A stretch of 31,688 bases of DNA from a virus (Duplodnaviria > Caudoviricetes). The stretch spans positions 1 through 31,688 of IMG/VR virus record IMGVR_UViG_3300038406_000064, one strand, 5' to 3'. How positions within the stretch are numbered: the stretch's first letter is position 1; each line of letters opens with the position of its first letter. Position numbers and translations under genes: made by a program. Shown here one piece after another: positions 1 through 9,081 of the stretch. The notes beneath the pieces are model-generated. The model was not told the DNA's origin, ran no database searches, and saw nothing but the letters and a program-made list of their open reading frames with translations.

Positions 1-2
1 GG

Positions 3-3000
3 GATCAAGTTCTTGCTTCCCATCTTTATGATTCGATTAAAAAGTGGAATCTGGGAGACGCAGAAGCCAAGCTGTTTGGCACTGAGTCAATGTCTAGATT
101 AGGGCAGAAATCTGTAGTGGAACAGAGACTTGCTAAGATCGAAAACGAACTAGCGGCTAAACTGGAAATCAGTAATGCAGACGATTTCAACTTCTGGAAA
201 ACTAGAGAGCGAGTATATGTTAAAGTGACAGGAGAGACTGCAGGCACTGTTACTTCTGAACTTCCTAAAGTATGGAATCTGGGAGACACTCTCGCCAAAG
301 GAGAAACAATTTCTGTAGGTAGCAGAGGAGTAACTGCAGGTAAGAGAAGCTTTAAATTCAGAGAAGATATCTCTTGGGACGCATTGAAATCTAGTACTCA
401 CTTTGAGGCTGAGGCTAGAAATATCTGGGCAAGTAAGCTTGGGAGTTTCGCTGAGAAAGAGGCTAAGACCAGGGCAGCTATTAAAGTAGCTGAGAATGAT
501 CTGCCCCTACTGGAAAAAGCTTGGAAAGACGGAGTAGTTCCAAGAGTTGAATTGCTTGAGAAAGGCTCAGGGGTTAAAAGCTTCTACAGTCGAGATGAGT
601 TTTTCCAGTTTCTAGTAGAGAAAAAGCAAGCAGTTTATGACTCTGCCATCGGGGCTGGAAAGTCTGGAGAAGAAGCCGCCAAGCTAGCTAATATATCTGA
701 CACCAGAGCGCTGGGAGTAATTGATCCCAAGCAAGAGAAAGGACTATTTGCTTTCCAGGAAGCAGCTGAGAACTATCGAAAGAATTTTGCAGCCTCGGGC
801 AGAGCTGCCCCTGGAGAATTCTACGACTCTCCTACTTGGGTTAAATCCATTAAAGATACCTCAGAGATTACTGTAGATGGTAATGTAGTTGATGGGCTAG
901 TAGCCATTAAGCAGAAACAGAAACTCTATGAGCAAGCAGCTGAGAGGGATGTAGCTTTTGTTCTTGGAGAAGATGCTTCCAGATTCGCAAGAGTCTCAGA
1001 TACTCTGCTAAATAGAATGAATAGAACTGGCCCTGGTGGTGGGATGCTAAGTGCTCAGAATGAAAACTATGGAACTCTAGGTTCTATGGTACAGTATCTC
1101 GGGTCGCAAACCCTTAAAACTATTCAGAAAGTACAGACTGCAACTAGAGAAACTCTCTCCCCTGCTCTATATAAGCTGGGGCAAAATGAAGCTGCGGCTA
1201 TTGAGTGGTCAGTATTGCAGCAGAGAATTCGCCAGTTTGGCTCTACTCCTTTTGGCTATGATGCAGAGCGACAAGCCATGAGGCCTCTTGCTCTAATGAA
1301 GTATGAGCGCTCGTTGGCAGAAGGAATAGAAACCGCAGCCCCAATCTTAGATGATTCGATTCCGCTTTCGATTCCAGTACAACATGCTGAAACTGCAGCT
1401 GTAATTGCGGATCATGTGAGACTTAATGCTACCAGAGTTGAGAAACTTGGAGCAATCAGAACTACACAGGGAGTTAAGTGGAATCGTGATCCGGAAAGAT
1501 TCTATCCAATTCCGCCTAATACTAAGGACTATCCTTATTTTGCCTCTGTAATAGATGATTCTATTGCAGGCCACGGGCACGGAAAGATGATCTATGCTGC
1601 AACTGCGGAAGATCTGGAGAAGCAGATAACTCAAATCAATGCAGCTGATCCAACTCTTAAAGTGCTTACTAAAGCTGATGCGGAGAATTGGTATAAGAGT
1701 GTGGGGCAGTACGAGTTTGAGAGAACTCTCACCGATGTTTCATTCGATGGAGCACTAGCTTCTAAAGGGGTAAGTGCTAACTACTTGCCTTCTACCTCTC
1801 CAGATAAAATTATATCTGAGACTCTTAACTGGCATTTGGGAAGAGATAGCTCTCTAGTTAGAGACGCTGTGGCACACCTAAATGAAGTGCAGCTTGGGAC
1901 TCTTAGGACTATGGGAGAGAAGTATGCAGCGGTGCAAGGTTCCCACTTTTCTAAGCTTGATCCGGTTGCTTACTTGGAAATGCAAGGCAAGAATCCTTAC
2001 GCAGATTACGCCAGAAGTATGCTTGGACTTTCTACCTCTAAAGAGTTTCCTTTCTGGACCCCGCTGAATGATATGCTAGATAGAAAAGTTTCTAGTCTTT
2101 TTAATAAAGTATATGAAACATTCTCCCAAGCTAAGACTCCAACAGAACTGGAGCTAATTAATAAATCTTTAGCTGATGCTGGATATCAGGGCGCTCCTTA
2201 CTCTGCAATGACTCACGCATTTGCGAATCATACTGCCCCTAAAGGAGCATTAAGTAGTTTCATTGCTAAAGCAAATGCGATACTTTCCAGTACTATGATT
2301 GGGATGGACCCAATTAACGCGCTGAATAATACAGTAGGCTCAGTGGTGTTGAGGAGCACAGAACTTAAATCGCTGTTGAGAGCTATAGGTCAAGGAAATG
2401 TGGAAGTTGCAGGAGAGCTGGCGAGAGCTACTACTCTCAAGGTTCCGGGGACTTCTAATACCATATTCTCTCCTACTAAAATGTATGCAGAAGCTATGAG
2501 TGCGTTCCATTCTCCGGAAGGTAGAGTGCTGCGGGAGCAATTTAAATCCAGAGGCATTATCTCTAGCAGAGTAGAGCAAGCAAACTGGGTATTGGATAAT
2601 CTAGCTCTCACAGGAAAAGAGTCTGTAGCGGACTTGGAAGGAAAGATCACTGCAGTATTCAATGGGCTTAAGAAGTCAGCAGCTCTAGGAGAGAAAGTAA
2701 CTGGCAATGCTCTGGCAGAAGAATTCAATCGATTTGTCAGCGGCCACATTGCAAAACAGATCACGGATAAAGCAGTAACCGCCGGAGTAATTGGGGAGAA
2801 AGAAGCTTGGGCTTATGTAAACACTTTTGTAAATCGAGTGGAAGGTAATTACATTGCAGCGCAAAGGCCAGGAGTATTCCAAGGGCCTATAGGTCAAGCG
2901 ATTGGACTGTTTCAAACCTATCAGTTTAACCTGATGCAACAATTACTGCGGCACGTAGGAGAAGGTTCTGGTAAAGATGTAGCAATGATGATGGGATTAC

Positions 3001-3863
3001 AGAGCACAATATTTGGAATGAAAGGGCTGCCAGCATTTGACGCCATCAATACTCACTTACTTGGAAATGCCTCTGGAAATACTCAACATCGAGACCTATA
3101 TTCTACTCTCTACGGAGCGGTAGGTAAAGATGCCGGAGATTGGCTAATGTATGGAATGGGCTCCAATGCTCTAGGACTTATATCTCCAGAATTGAAATTT
3201 AATCTCTACACCCGTGGGGATATTAATCCTAGAAATGTAACATTGCTCCCGGTTAACCCTGCTAATATTCCTTTTGTTCAGGCAGCAGGTAAATTCTTTG
3301 GGAGTATCGCAGAGACCTCACAGAAGATATCTCAAGGGGGACAAGTTTGGGGAAGTATATTGCAAGGGATAGAACACGCTGGAATTAGTAGACCTCTTGC
3401 CGGGCTGGCTCAGACGTTGCAAGCTACAGGGAATCCGCTAGGCAAGAGTTTCTCTACCTCCAATGCAGGCAATGTAGTAGCTTCCAATGATTGGAATTCT
3501 CTCACTTCCATGATCCGAATAGCTGGAGCTAAGCCGCTCGATGAAGCTATAGGAGTTGACCGCGCTTACAATTTAGAAGTGTATGCGGCCAAAGATACTG
3601 CTAAGAGAAAGGCGCTGGGGGAGACAATTAAGACTACTTTGATCGCAGGAAATTCTCCTACTCAAGAACAGGTAGAGAATTTCGCAGAGTCTTATGTCAA
3701 GATGGGAGGGAAGAGAGAAAGATTCAATCAGTACATGGTACAGCAATTTAAGTCAGCAAATACTTCTCAGGTAAATAAACTCGCAGAGAATCTTAAGTCT
3801 CCCTTCTCTCAGAGTATGCAACAGATAATGGGAGATAATTTGTTAGCTGATTTTTCTAGGTAA
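3..3863 (+). CDS. Large virion protein, probable internal/ejection protein (5'-truncated)
   Basis: The frame is open from position 3 (DQVLASHLYDSIKKWNLGD...), so the ATG at 90 is probably internal. More than 1280 aa, Ala/Gly/Ser-rich. It lies near the end of the plus-strand virion operon, where podoviruses encode ejection proteins. Function is inferred from size and position. Confidence 0.65.
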   Translation, partial: DQVLASHLYDSIKKWNLGDAEAKLFGTESMSRLGQKSVVEQRLAKIENELAAKLEISNADDFNFWKTRERVYVKVTGETAGTVTSELPKVWNLGDTLAKGETISVGSRGVTAGKRSFKFREDISWDALKSSTHFEAEARNIWASKLGSFAEKEAKTRAAIKVAENDLPLLEKAWKDGVVPRVELLEKGSGVKSFYSRDEFFQFLVEKKQAVYDSAIGAGKSGEEAAKLANISDTRALGVIDPKQEKGLFAFQEAAENYRKNFAASGRAAPGEFYDSPTWVKSIKDTSEITVDGNVVDGLVAIKQKQKLYEQAAERDVAFVLGEDASRFARVSDTLLNRMNRTGPGGGMLSAQNENYGTLGSMVQYLGSQTLKTIQKVQTATRETLSPALYKLGQNEAAAIEWSVLQQRIRQFGSTPFGYDAERQAMRPLALMKYERSLAEGIETAAPILDDSIPLSIPVQHAETAAVIADHVRLNATRVEKLGAIRTTQGVKWNRDPERFYPIPPNTKDYPYFASVIDDSIAGHGHGKMIYAATAEDLEKQITQINAADPTLKVLTKADAENWYKSVGQYEFERTLTDVSFDGALASKGVSANYLPSTSPDKIISETLNWHLGRDSSLVRDAVAHLNEVQLGTLRTMGEKYAAVQGSHFSKLDPVAYLEMQGKNPYADYARSMLGLSTSKEFPFWTPLNDMLDRKVSSLFNKVYETFSQAKTPTELELINKSLADAGYQGAPYSAMTHAFANHTAPKGALSSFIAKANAILSSTMIGMDPINALNNTVGSVVLRSTELKSLLRAIGQGNVEVAGELARATTLKVPGTSNTIFSPTKMYAEAMSAFHSPEGRVLREQFKSRGIISSRVEQANWVLDNLALTGKESVADLEGKITAVFNGLKKSAALGEKVTGNALAEEFNRFVSGHIAKQITDKAVTAGVIGEKEAWAYVNTFVNRVEGNYIAAQRPGVFQGPIGQAIGLFQTYQFNLMQQLLRHVGEGSGKDVAMMMGLQSTIFGMKGLPAFDAINTHLLGNASGNTQHRDLYSTLYGAVGKDAGDWLMYGMGSNALGLISPELKFNLYTRGDINPRNVTLLPVNPANIPFVQAAGKFFGSIAETSQKISQGGQVWGSILQGIEHAGISRPLAGLAQTLQATGNPLGKSFSTSNAGNVVASNDWNSLTSMIRIAGAKPLDEAIGVDRAYNLEVYAAKDTAKRKALGETIKTTLIAGNSPTQEQVENFAESYVKMGGKRERFNQYMVQQFKSANTSQVNKLAENLKSPFSQSMQQIMGDNLLADFSR

Positions 3864-3874
3864 GGAGTTTAGAT

Positions 3875-4114
3875 ATGAGCCAGTATTCTGAAATTTGTGG
3901 AAGTTATGCCGCAGCAGTGGTTCCTAGCGATGTAACTACTCTAGGACAATTTCCTCGAATCTATATTGGGGGAGCGGGGAATGTAACAGTTGAGGACGTT
4001 GCAGGTAACGCAGTGTTGTTTACTGCTCCGCCTGTAGGTTCTCTATTACCGATTCGGGTTAGTAGAGTCAGAGCAACAGGAACTACAGCAACTGCTATGG
4101 TGGCCTGCTGGTAG
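3875..4114 (+). CDS. Head spike base protein, RcGTA Rcc01079-like
   Basis: AAAVVPSD...PRIYIGGAGNV...GSLLPIRVSRVRATGTTATAMVACW matches the pattern I recall for the Rcc01079 family. SD AAGGAG upstream. Confidence 0.8.
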   Translation: MSQYSEICGSYAAAVVPSDVTTLGQFPRIYIGGAGNVTVEDVAGNAVLFTAPPVGSLLPIRVSRVRATGTTATAMVACW

Positions 4115-4132
4115 CCCGAAATTGCAGGCAAG

Positions 4133-4170
4133 AAAAAGCCCTACTCTAGAATTAACTAGGTAGGGCTTTT
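4133..4170. terminator. Bidirectional intrinsic terminator between the convergent arms
   Basis: AAAAAGCCCTAC...GTAGGGCTTTT inverted repeat with A and T tracts on both sides, between convergent stop codons at 4114 and 4178. Confidence 0.85.
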
Positions 4171-4177
4171 AAGTTTT

Positions 4178-4423
4178 CTAGCGCAATACAATCATTGTAC
4201 GCTTTTCGTACAATTTCTTAGTGAGAATCTCACACAAATTACAGACTTCTTCCTCACTATAATACTCATCCACTATAACTCCACAGTAAGCAGCTACGTG
4301 GCCAAGTCTCAGTTCGAATTCAGAAGCTGGGACTCTAGCCAGAATCTCACAAAGCTCAGGATGGTGAGTCAGTTCCTGAGCTAAGTCTCGCTTTCTTACG
4401 TCAAAGTACTCTAGGTATGCCAT
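4178..4423 (-). CDS. Hypothetical protein (81 aa)
   Basis: SD GGAGG upstream. Overlaps the end of the exonuclease gene and is the last gene before the terminator. Confidence 0.75.
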   Translation of the reverse strand: MAYLEYFDVRKRDLAQELTHHPELCEILARVPASEFELRLGHVAAYCGVIVDEYYSEEEVCNLCEILTKKLYEKRTMIVLR

Positions 4424-4988
4424 TTCGAATTGCCTCCAAGATTAGATCAAGATGTTCCCCTTCTGCGATTGCATCATACATTGCCTGGTGAGGAATCTTA
4501 GGTTTAGTAGGCGCAGCGATTTGAGGATATAGATTTTTGAGAGTTCTAAAACACATCTCTTCCCAGTATTTCCAAGGTACTTGAATGCTTGCCACCTCAT
4601 AAGCTGCCTCTAGAATTTTGAGATCAAAGCTTGCACCATTTCCCCACACTCGGGACTTAGGAAACTGATCCCGAAAATACTTGAAACCCCAGAGTGCATC
4701 AGTGAGAGTTGATTTCTCAGAGAAAGCTTCCAATCTAACTGCTGGGACTTGTTTATCCCACCAAGCTAGAGTCTTAGAGTCATCTACTAGACCTAGCTCG
4801 CGGCTTTCTCCAGCTGCAATAGAGGTGTAAAAGAACTTATCCCAACCAACTGTAGCCGCTTCATCAGTAGATACTAGAGCATAAGCTCCGATGGAAAGAA
4901 TCCTACATCCTGGTTTAAGTCCTGTAGTTTCCAAGTCAATTACGATATCAACTGCAGGCTCATTAATACCTCTAGTTACTGTGTTCAT
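4401..4988 (-). CDS. DEDDh 3'-5' exonuclease (RNase AS/DexA-like)
   Basis: ExoI VIDLETTG, ExoII WGNGASFD and ExoIII HQAMYDA motifs. ATGA overlap with the upstream gene. Confidence 0.88.
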   Translation of the reverse strand: MNTVTRGINEPAVDIVIDLETTGLKPGCRILSIGAYALVSTDEAATVGWDKFFYTSIAAGESRELGLVDDSKTLAWWDKQVPAVRLEAFSEKSTLTDALWGFKYFRDQFPKSRVWGNGASFDLKILEAAYEVASIQVPWKYWEEMCFRTLKNLYPQIAAPTKPKIPHQAMYDAIAEGEHLDLILEAIRNGIPRVL

Positions 4989-6316
4989 TTGCCTAACTCC
5001 TCTTTGGTAAGTAATCCATAATCTACCATATCATCACAGACCTCTACTAGAACTTTCCTCCTAGTAAGAAATCCTCCAGTACCAGGAACTTGTTGTATTT
5101 TCTCTGCTGCAACAAGATTCCTAAGTATGTCTGCCAAATCCCCGATTTTATCTAAGTCTTGTATCACATGCTTCCAGATATCAGTGATTCCTAGAGGTTC
5201 ATATACTGAATCTAAGAGTTGCATTATCTTATGAACTGTATCGGAGTGTTTTGATTTCCCAAACTCCCCTAGAGCTTTTGGCATTAGATGCTCTGTGTGA
5301 GAGAGAATGGTATTAGAATACACTACATCATCTGCGGTAACTTCTTTTCCTAAGCGAGCCGCAGTAATAATAAGACACAGTTTTAATAGGTGGGTAAATC
5401 GACGCTGGGAATAAGAGTCGAATCTCGCATCCTCTAGTCCCCTCCAGTTATTGTATATCTTAGTAAGTAAACTCTTTGCTTCTTTTGTAATTGGGTAGTT
5501 ACCTGCATGACAAGTTTTAATTCGGCGCAGATACTCTACAAGTTCTGAGTTCAGTTGAGCGTCTGGGGCTTCAGGGAATGCAATCTTCTTTCCGCTCGGA
5601 TCGCCATATACCAGAAGCAAGCGAGAGAAGAATCCTTGGCCTAAGATTTCCGTTGGAAAAGCAAGTGAAAAACCTGTAGGAGTATTACCGCCGAGAATAG
5701 AAACAGTGGGATTATATATAGAGACAGACTTTCCGTTCTTAACTCGGCTCTGATAAATTCCGCTATAATCCCAAAGATTCCCAAGTAGAGAGATAAAATC
5801 ATGATTCCCAAGTCCGAGAAAATCGTTGAATTCATCCGCTGCGATAAGTACTTCTTTGTCGGTTTCATCTACTGTCTCCCCAAAAATGTTCATTGTGTCT
5901 AAATCTACTGGCGCTTTAGAAGCTACTGGCCTACCTCGGTAATCTAATTCTCCAGTATCTCCAGATAAGTCTAGAAGGAATTTCTCTTTACTACTCTTGT
6001 CTGCTGCGATTGTATTGTACCCAGCCTGCACTAGAAGATTCCGCATTAGTTTTATCGCGGTTGTTTTTCTAGTCCCTGGAGAACCTACTAGCATACAATA
6101 GGTGTTAGGTACTAGAGTAAAGTGTCCATGTCGAATCGAGACACTTCTCCCTAGATACGCCCCAATTCCTGTTATCGCAGCCCACCGGTGGAAGAAAGCA
6201 GGAACCTCAGTATCAGAGGTGTAAGAAAAGTACAGAGAGAAGAAGTCCTCTCTGGCTTCTCTCTGTACTTTCGGGGTTACAAGCTGTAATTGTTTTGTGG
6301 GTAGAGAGGACATCAC
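4985..6316 (-). CDS. DUF3987-like AAA+ ATPase, probable replicative helicase
   Basis: Walker A GSPGTRKT, Walker B LIAADEF and GFFSR arginine-finger-like motif. Directly downstream of the polymerase gene. Confidence 0.7.
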   Translation of the reverse strand: MMSSLPTKQLQLVTPKVQREAREDFFSLYFSYTSDTEVPAFFHRWAAITGIGAYLGRSVSIRHGHFTLVPNTYCMLVGSPGTRKTTAIKLMRNLLVQAGYNTIAADKSSKEKFLLDLSGDTGELDYRGRPVASKAPVDLDTMNIFGETVDETDKEVLIAADEFNDFLGLGNHDFISLLGNLWDYSGIYQSRVKNGKSVSIYNPTVSILGGNTPTGFSLAFPTEILGQGFFSRLLLVYGDPSGKKIAFPEAPDAQLNSELVEYLRRIKTCHAGNYPITKEAKSLLTKIYNNWRGLEDARFDSYSQRRFTHLLKLCLIITAARLGKEVTADDVVYSNTILSHTEHLMPKALGEFGKSKHSDTVHKIMQLLDSVYEPLGITDIWKHVIQDLDKIGDLADILRNLVAAEKIQQVPGTGGFLTRRKVLVEVCDDMVDYGLLTKEELGK

Positions 6317-6371
6317 TGATCCTAGAAATTTAGAAGCTGCTACTTAAAACCAGTTAGTAGTGCACTTGGAA

Positions 6372-8663
6372 CTACTCTGTCTCGCTCCATCTTTGGGCGC
6401 CTTTGCCGTCTTTGCCCGCTTTGATCGCAGCAGGTACAGTAAATGTCCTAGTCTTCCCATCATAGCCAGTGACTGTAACCGCAATTTCCATAGCCTCTTT
6501 GACTTTAGTTGCCAGCGCTTCATAGCCCACGCGGAACTGGAATAGAATGCTGTCATGAATTTGAGCAAGCAATCTAAAATTAGCTCGATGCAGCGGATGT
6601 ATAGCGATTTCATAAAACACCTCCATGAAAGCTTTGTTAAGAGTCATTGCATTAAGAGATTGTGGCGCGTGTGCGATGTAAGCATTAAGCGCCCTCTTGT
6701 CTGTATTAGGATTAGAGAAACAATAGCGAACCCAGCCAGCAACTTGATAAGGAGAAGCGTGAGCTGCTTTGGAAACAAGCATACGAGTTGTTTTAATCTC
6801 ATGCACAATTCCAGGATAATAAGTTTTCTGCAGGTCTGGATAAGTTGCATGGAACCGGGCTAGAAGATACTCTGCGATTTGCTTCGGAGTCCAGAACTTA
6901 GGAAGAGCTAGAGCCGAAGCTGCTTTATAGATTGCAATTAGCCCCATAGTTTCCACTAGAACATTCGGCCCCATATTGTAATTGGCCCCGTGATTTACTC
7001 GTTTTGCGAGGTCGCGTAGAATCTTGTTGAGAGTTTTAGCTTTCTTGGCTGGAACTAATTTGCCTGTCTCTCCGTCTATGTATTCGGCAACTGCATCTGA
7101 ATAGATACTTTCATAGGGAACACCGAAGAAAGAACTTGCATTGACTGAGTGAAAATCTCTTGTGCCAGACACGGCAGAAATAAGGGACTCACTCCCGGCG
7201 ATGTGGGCAGTATCTCTTGACTCAGCCTGTTCGAGATCGACCTCAGCAAGTCTAAATCCTTCATCTGCCACCAGTGTTTGCTTAACCTCAATTCCTCTTG
7301 GTATATTTTGCCCTTGTAATCCACACCAAAAGTGATGCTCCTTGCTTGCGAGTCGTCCTGTATCTGTACCGTGAGGGTTAAGACTCCATAAGATTCGTCC
7401 ATTTAATTCTTTCCCTGGAGTTAGATAAGTAGATAGTAGCTTTCTTAGCCCTCGGATTTCTAGAACTGTATCTACTATTCTAGCAATGAGAGGATGCCGG
7501 AAAGCTGCTTTGTTTAGATTCTTTTCGTCTGCGCTTACTAGATCACCACACCCCAGAATCTTTAGCAATTGCTTCATCTGAAGTGGAGAGTTAACATTGA
7601 AACCAGAAACTCCTAGCATCACATCTAGTTTCTTAGAGAGAGCAGAAACTTGAGCTGATATCTCCGCGTGCCCTTTTTCCAGGGCTGTCATATCTCTCTT
7701 AACCCCTGTCATCTCTGCTAGCTGACAAGGGAAATTAACAGGGAACTCCTGCAAATAGTTAGTTACTGCCCATTTGGGAGCTTGAAGCAACCATTCAGCC
7801 CATACAATTGCAGTTGCGAACGTATCTCTGCAATTGTATTCAAGTCTCTCATGCGAATCTCCCCCTGCCATTTGTTTCCAGTAACGCCCCTCGCGATGGA
7901 AGAAGGCCGAAAGCATTGCCAAGTCTTTTGGTAGTTCAGTATACCAGCAATGAAATGCCGTAGCTGTGTCTCCGAGCCAGTTATAGACAGGTGCATTGTA
8001 ACGAAGCAAATATGAGTGGTCGTATTTTCCATTTTGCAGCACCTTCGGAGGGAGTAAAGCATTAAACTTCCGCATCCATGCTAGAGCATATTCTGAATCC
8101 ATTGCCAGAACAAAGGTTTGCATCCTAGGCTGTGAGCCAGCCACAAGATAAACAGCAGTATAAGCAATGGAAGTGATAGCAAGGTTAAGCTTTGTAGTCT
8201 CGATGTCCAACGCAATAAAGTCGGCGCTCTGGAAGTCATGATATATCTCCTCTATTTTATCAGGAGTACCAATTGAGAAACTGAAATCTGGAAATTTGTT
8301 CCAGCGTTCTGGCATCGCCAATTTACTAATGTATCTGGAGGCAACGAATGCGCCATAAGGTAGAGACACAAGTTGAGGCAGCGGGTCGATAAAAACAATT
8401 TCAATTCCATCTCGCTTGAAATAGGAACCTGCGTAACTATCAAGACTTGCTTTGGGATCTCCACTTAGAATCTCCAGAAGTTTTCTGTTGGTAGAGATTA
8501 CACCTGTCGCTTCTTTTTTAGTTGCGAGGGATTTAACTTCGTACCAAGTAGAGATTGGATTGAGAGAAAGAGAGACAGAAGCTGTACCTACCAGAGGCTT
8601 AAGCCTAGGAAGATAGCTTCTGTCTTCTTCGTTACCTAGGAATATTAGTCTTGGGCTAGGCAT
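6372..8663 (-). CDS. polA: Family A DNA polymerase with 3'-5' exonuclease domain
   Basis: Exo motifs ALDIETT, QNGKYD and YNCRD; TDTGRLAS; motif A VDLEQAESR, motif B RDLAKRVNHGANY, motif C QIHDS. The start at 8663 (MPSPR) is preferred over 8699 because it gives only an 8-nt overlap with the upstream gene. Confidence 0.95.
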   Translation of the reverse strand: MPSPRLIFLGNEEDRSYLPRLKPLVGTASVSLSLNPISTWYEVKSLATKKEATGVISTNRKLLEILSGDPKASLDSYAGSYFKRDGIEIVFIDPLPQLVSLPYGAFVASRYISKLAMPERWNKFPDFSFSIGTPDKIEEIYHDFQSADFIALDIETTKLNLAITSIAYTAVYLVAGSQPRMQTFVLAMDSEYALAWMRKFNALLPPKVLQNGKYDHSYLLRYNAPVYNWLGDTATAFHCWYTELPKDLAMLSAFFHREGRYWKQMAGGDSHERLEYNCRDTFATAIVWAEWLLQAPKWAVTNYLQEFPVNFPCQLAEMTGVKRDMTALEKGHAEISAQVSALSKKLDVMLGVSGFNVNSPLQMKQLLKILGCGDLVSADEKNLNKAAFRHPLIARIVDTVLEIRGLRKLLSTYLTPGKELNGRILWSLNPHGTDTGRLASKEHHFWCGLQGQNIPRGIEVKQTLVADEGFRLAEVDLEQAESRDTAHIAGSESLISAVSGTRDFHSVNASSFFGVPYESIYSDAVAEYIDGETGKLVPAKKAKTLNKILRDLAKRVNHGANYNMGPNVLVETMGLIAIYKAASALALPKFWTPKQIAEYLLARFHATYPDLQKTYYPGIVHEIKTTRMLVSKAAHASPYQVAGWVRYCFSNPNTDKRALNAYIAHAPQSLNAMTLNKAFMEVFYEIAIHPLHRANFRLLAQIHDSILFQFRVGYEALATKVKEAMEIAVTVTGYDGKTRTFTVPAAIKAGKDGKGAQRWSETE

Positions 8664-8955
8664 GGCTAAATGAGATTTTGGAATTGAGAGGAATAACATC
8701 GATTAGATAGCTAGCAACAGTGAGCATTCCACTGGCTACATTCACAATGAAACAGTCTCCACGAGTTAGAACCTCATGTACCATAGTGGAGCGTACAAGA
8801 GATTTAACTGGAGCTACTCGGCGGTAGGTTTCAGAAGAGTCGGCGCCTGCAACCTGGAAATATCCGCCAACCGGAATATCTTTGAGTTGCGGAGTAGACT
8901 TAGGAGCGAACTCAAATTCGATTTGATTGCTGGAGTTGATTCTTTTGGCAGACAT
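8656..8955 (-). CDS. Hypothetical protein (99 aa)
   Basis: Strong SD (GAGGAGAGTCAAAATG) and co-oriented with the operon. Confidence 0.75.
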   Translation of the reverse strand: MSAKRINSSNQIEFEFAPKSTPQLKDIPVGGYFQVAGADSSETYRRVAPVKSLVRSTMVHEVLTRGDCFIVNVASGMLTVASYLIDVIPLNSKISFSHA

Positions 8956-9010
8956 TTTGACTCTCCTCTCAGATTGTTGGTGGTTGGAGCTGGTGTAATC
9001 TCCTTAGTGA

Positions 9011-9046
9011 GAAAGCCCACAAAAAGTATTTCTCTTGTGAGCCTTC
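9011..9046 (-). terminator. Terminator-like hairpin after the SSB-like gene
   Basis: Minus strand GAAGGCTCACAAGAG-AAATA-CTTTTTGTGGGCTTTC. It pairs through G-U wobbles on the minus strand only. The U tail is short. Confidence 0.55.
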
Positions 9047-9081
9047 TTCTAATGCCAGACTACCGCACTATCTCAGGGCTC

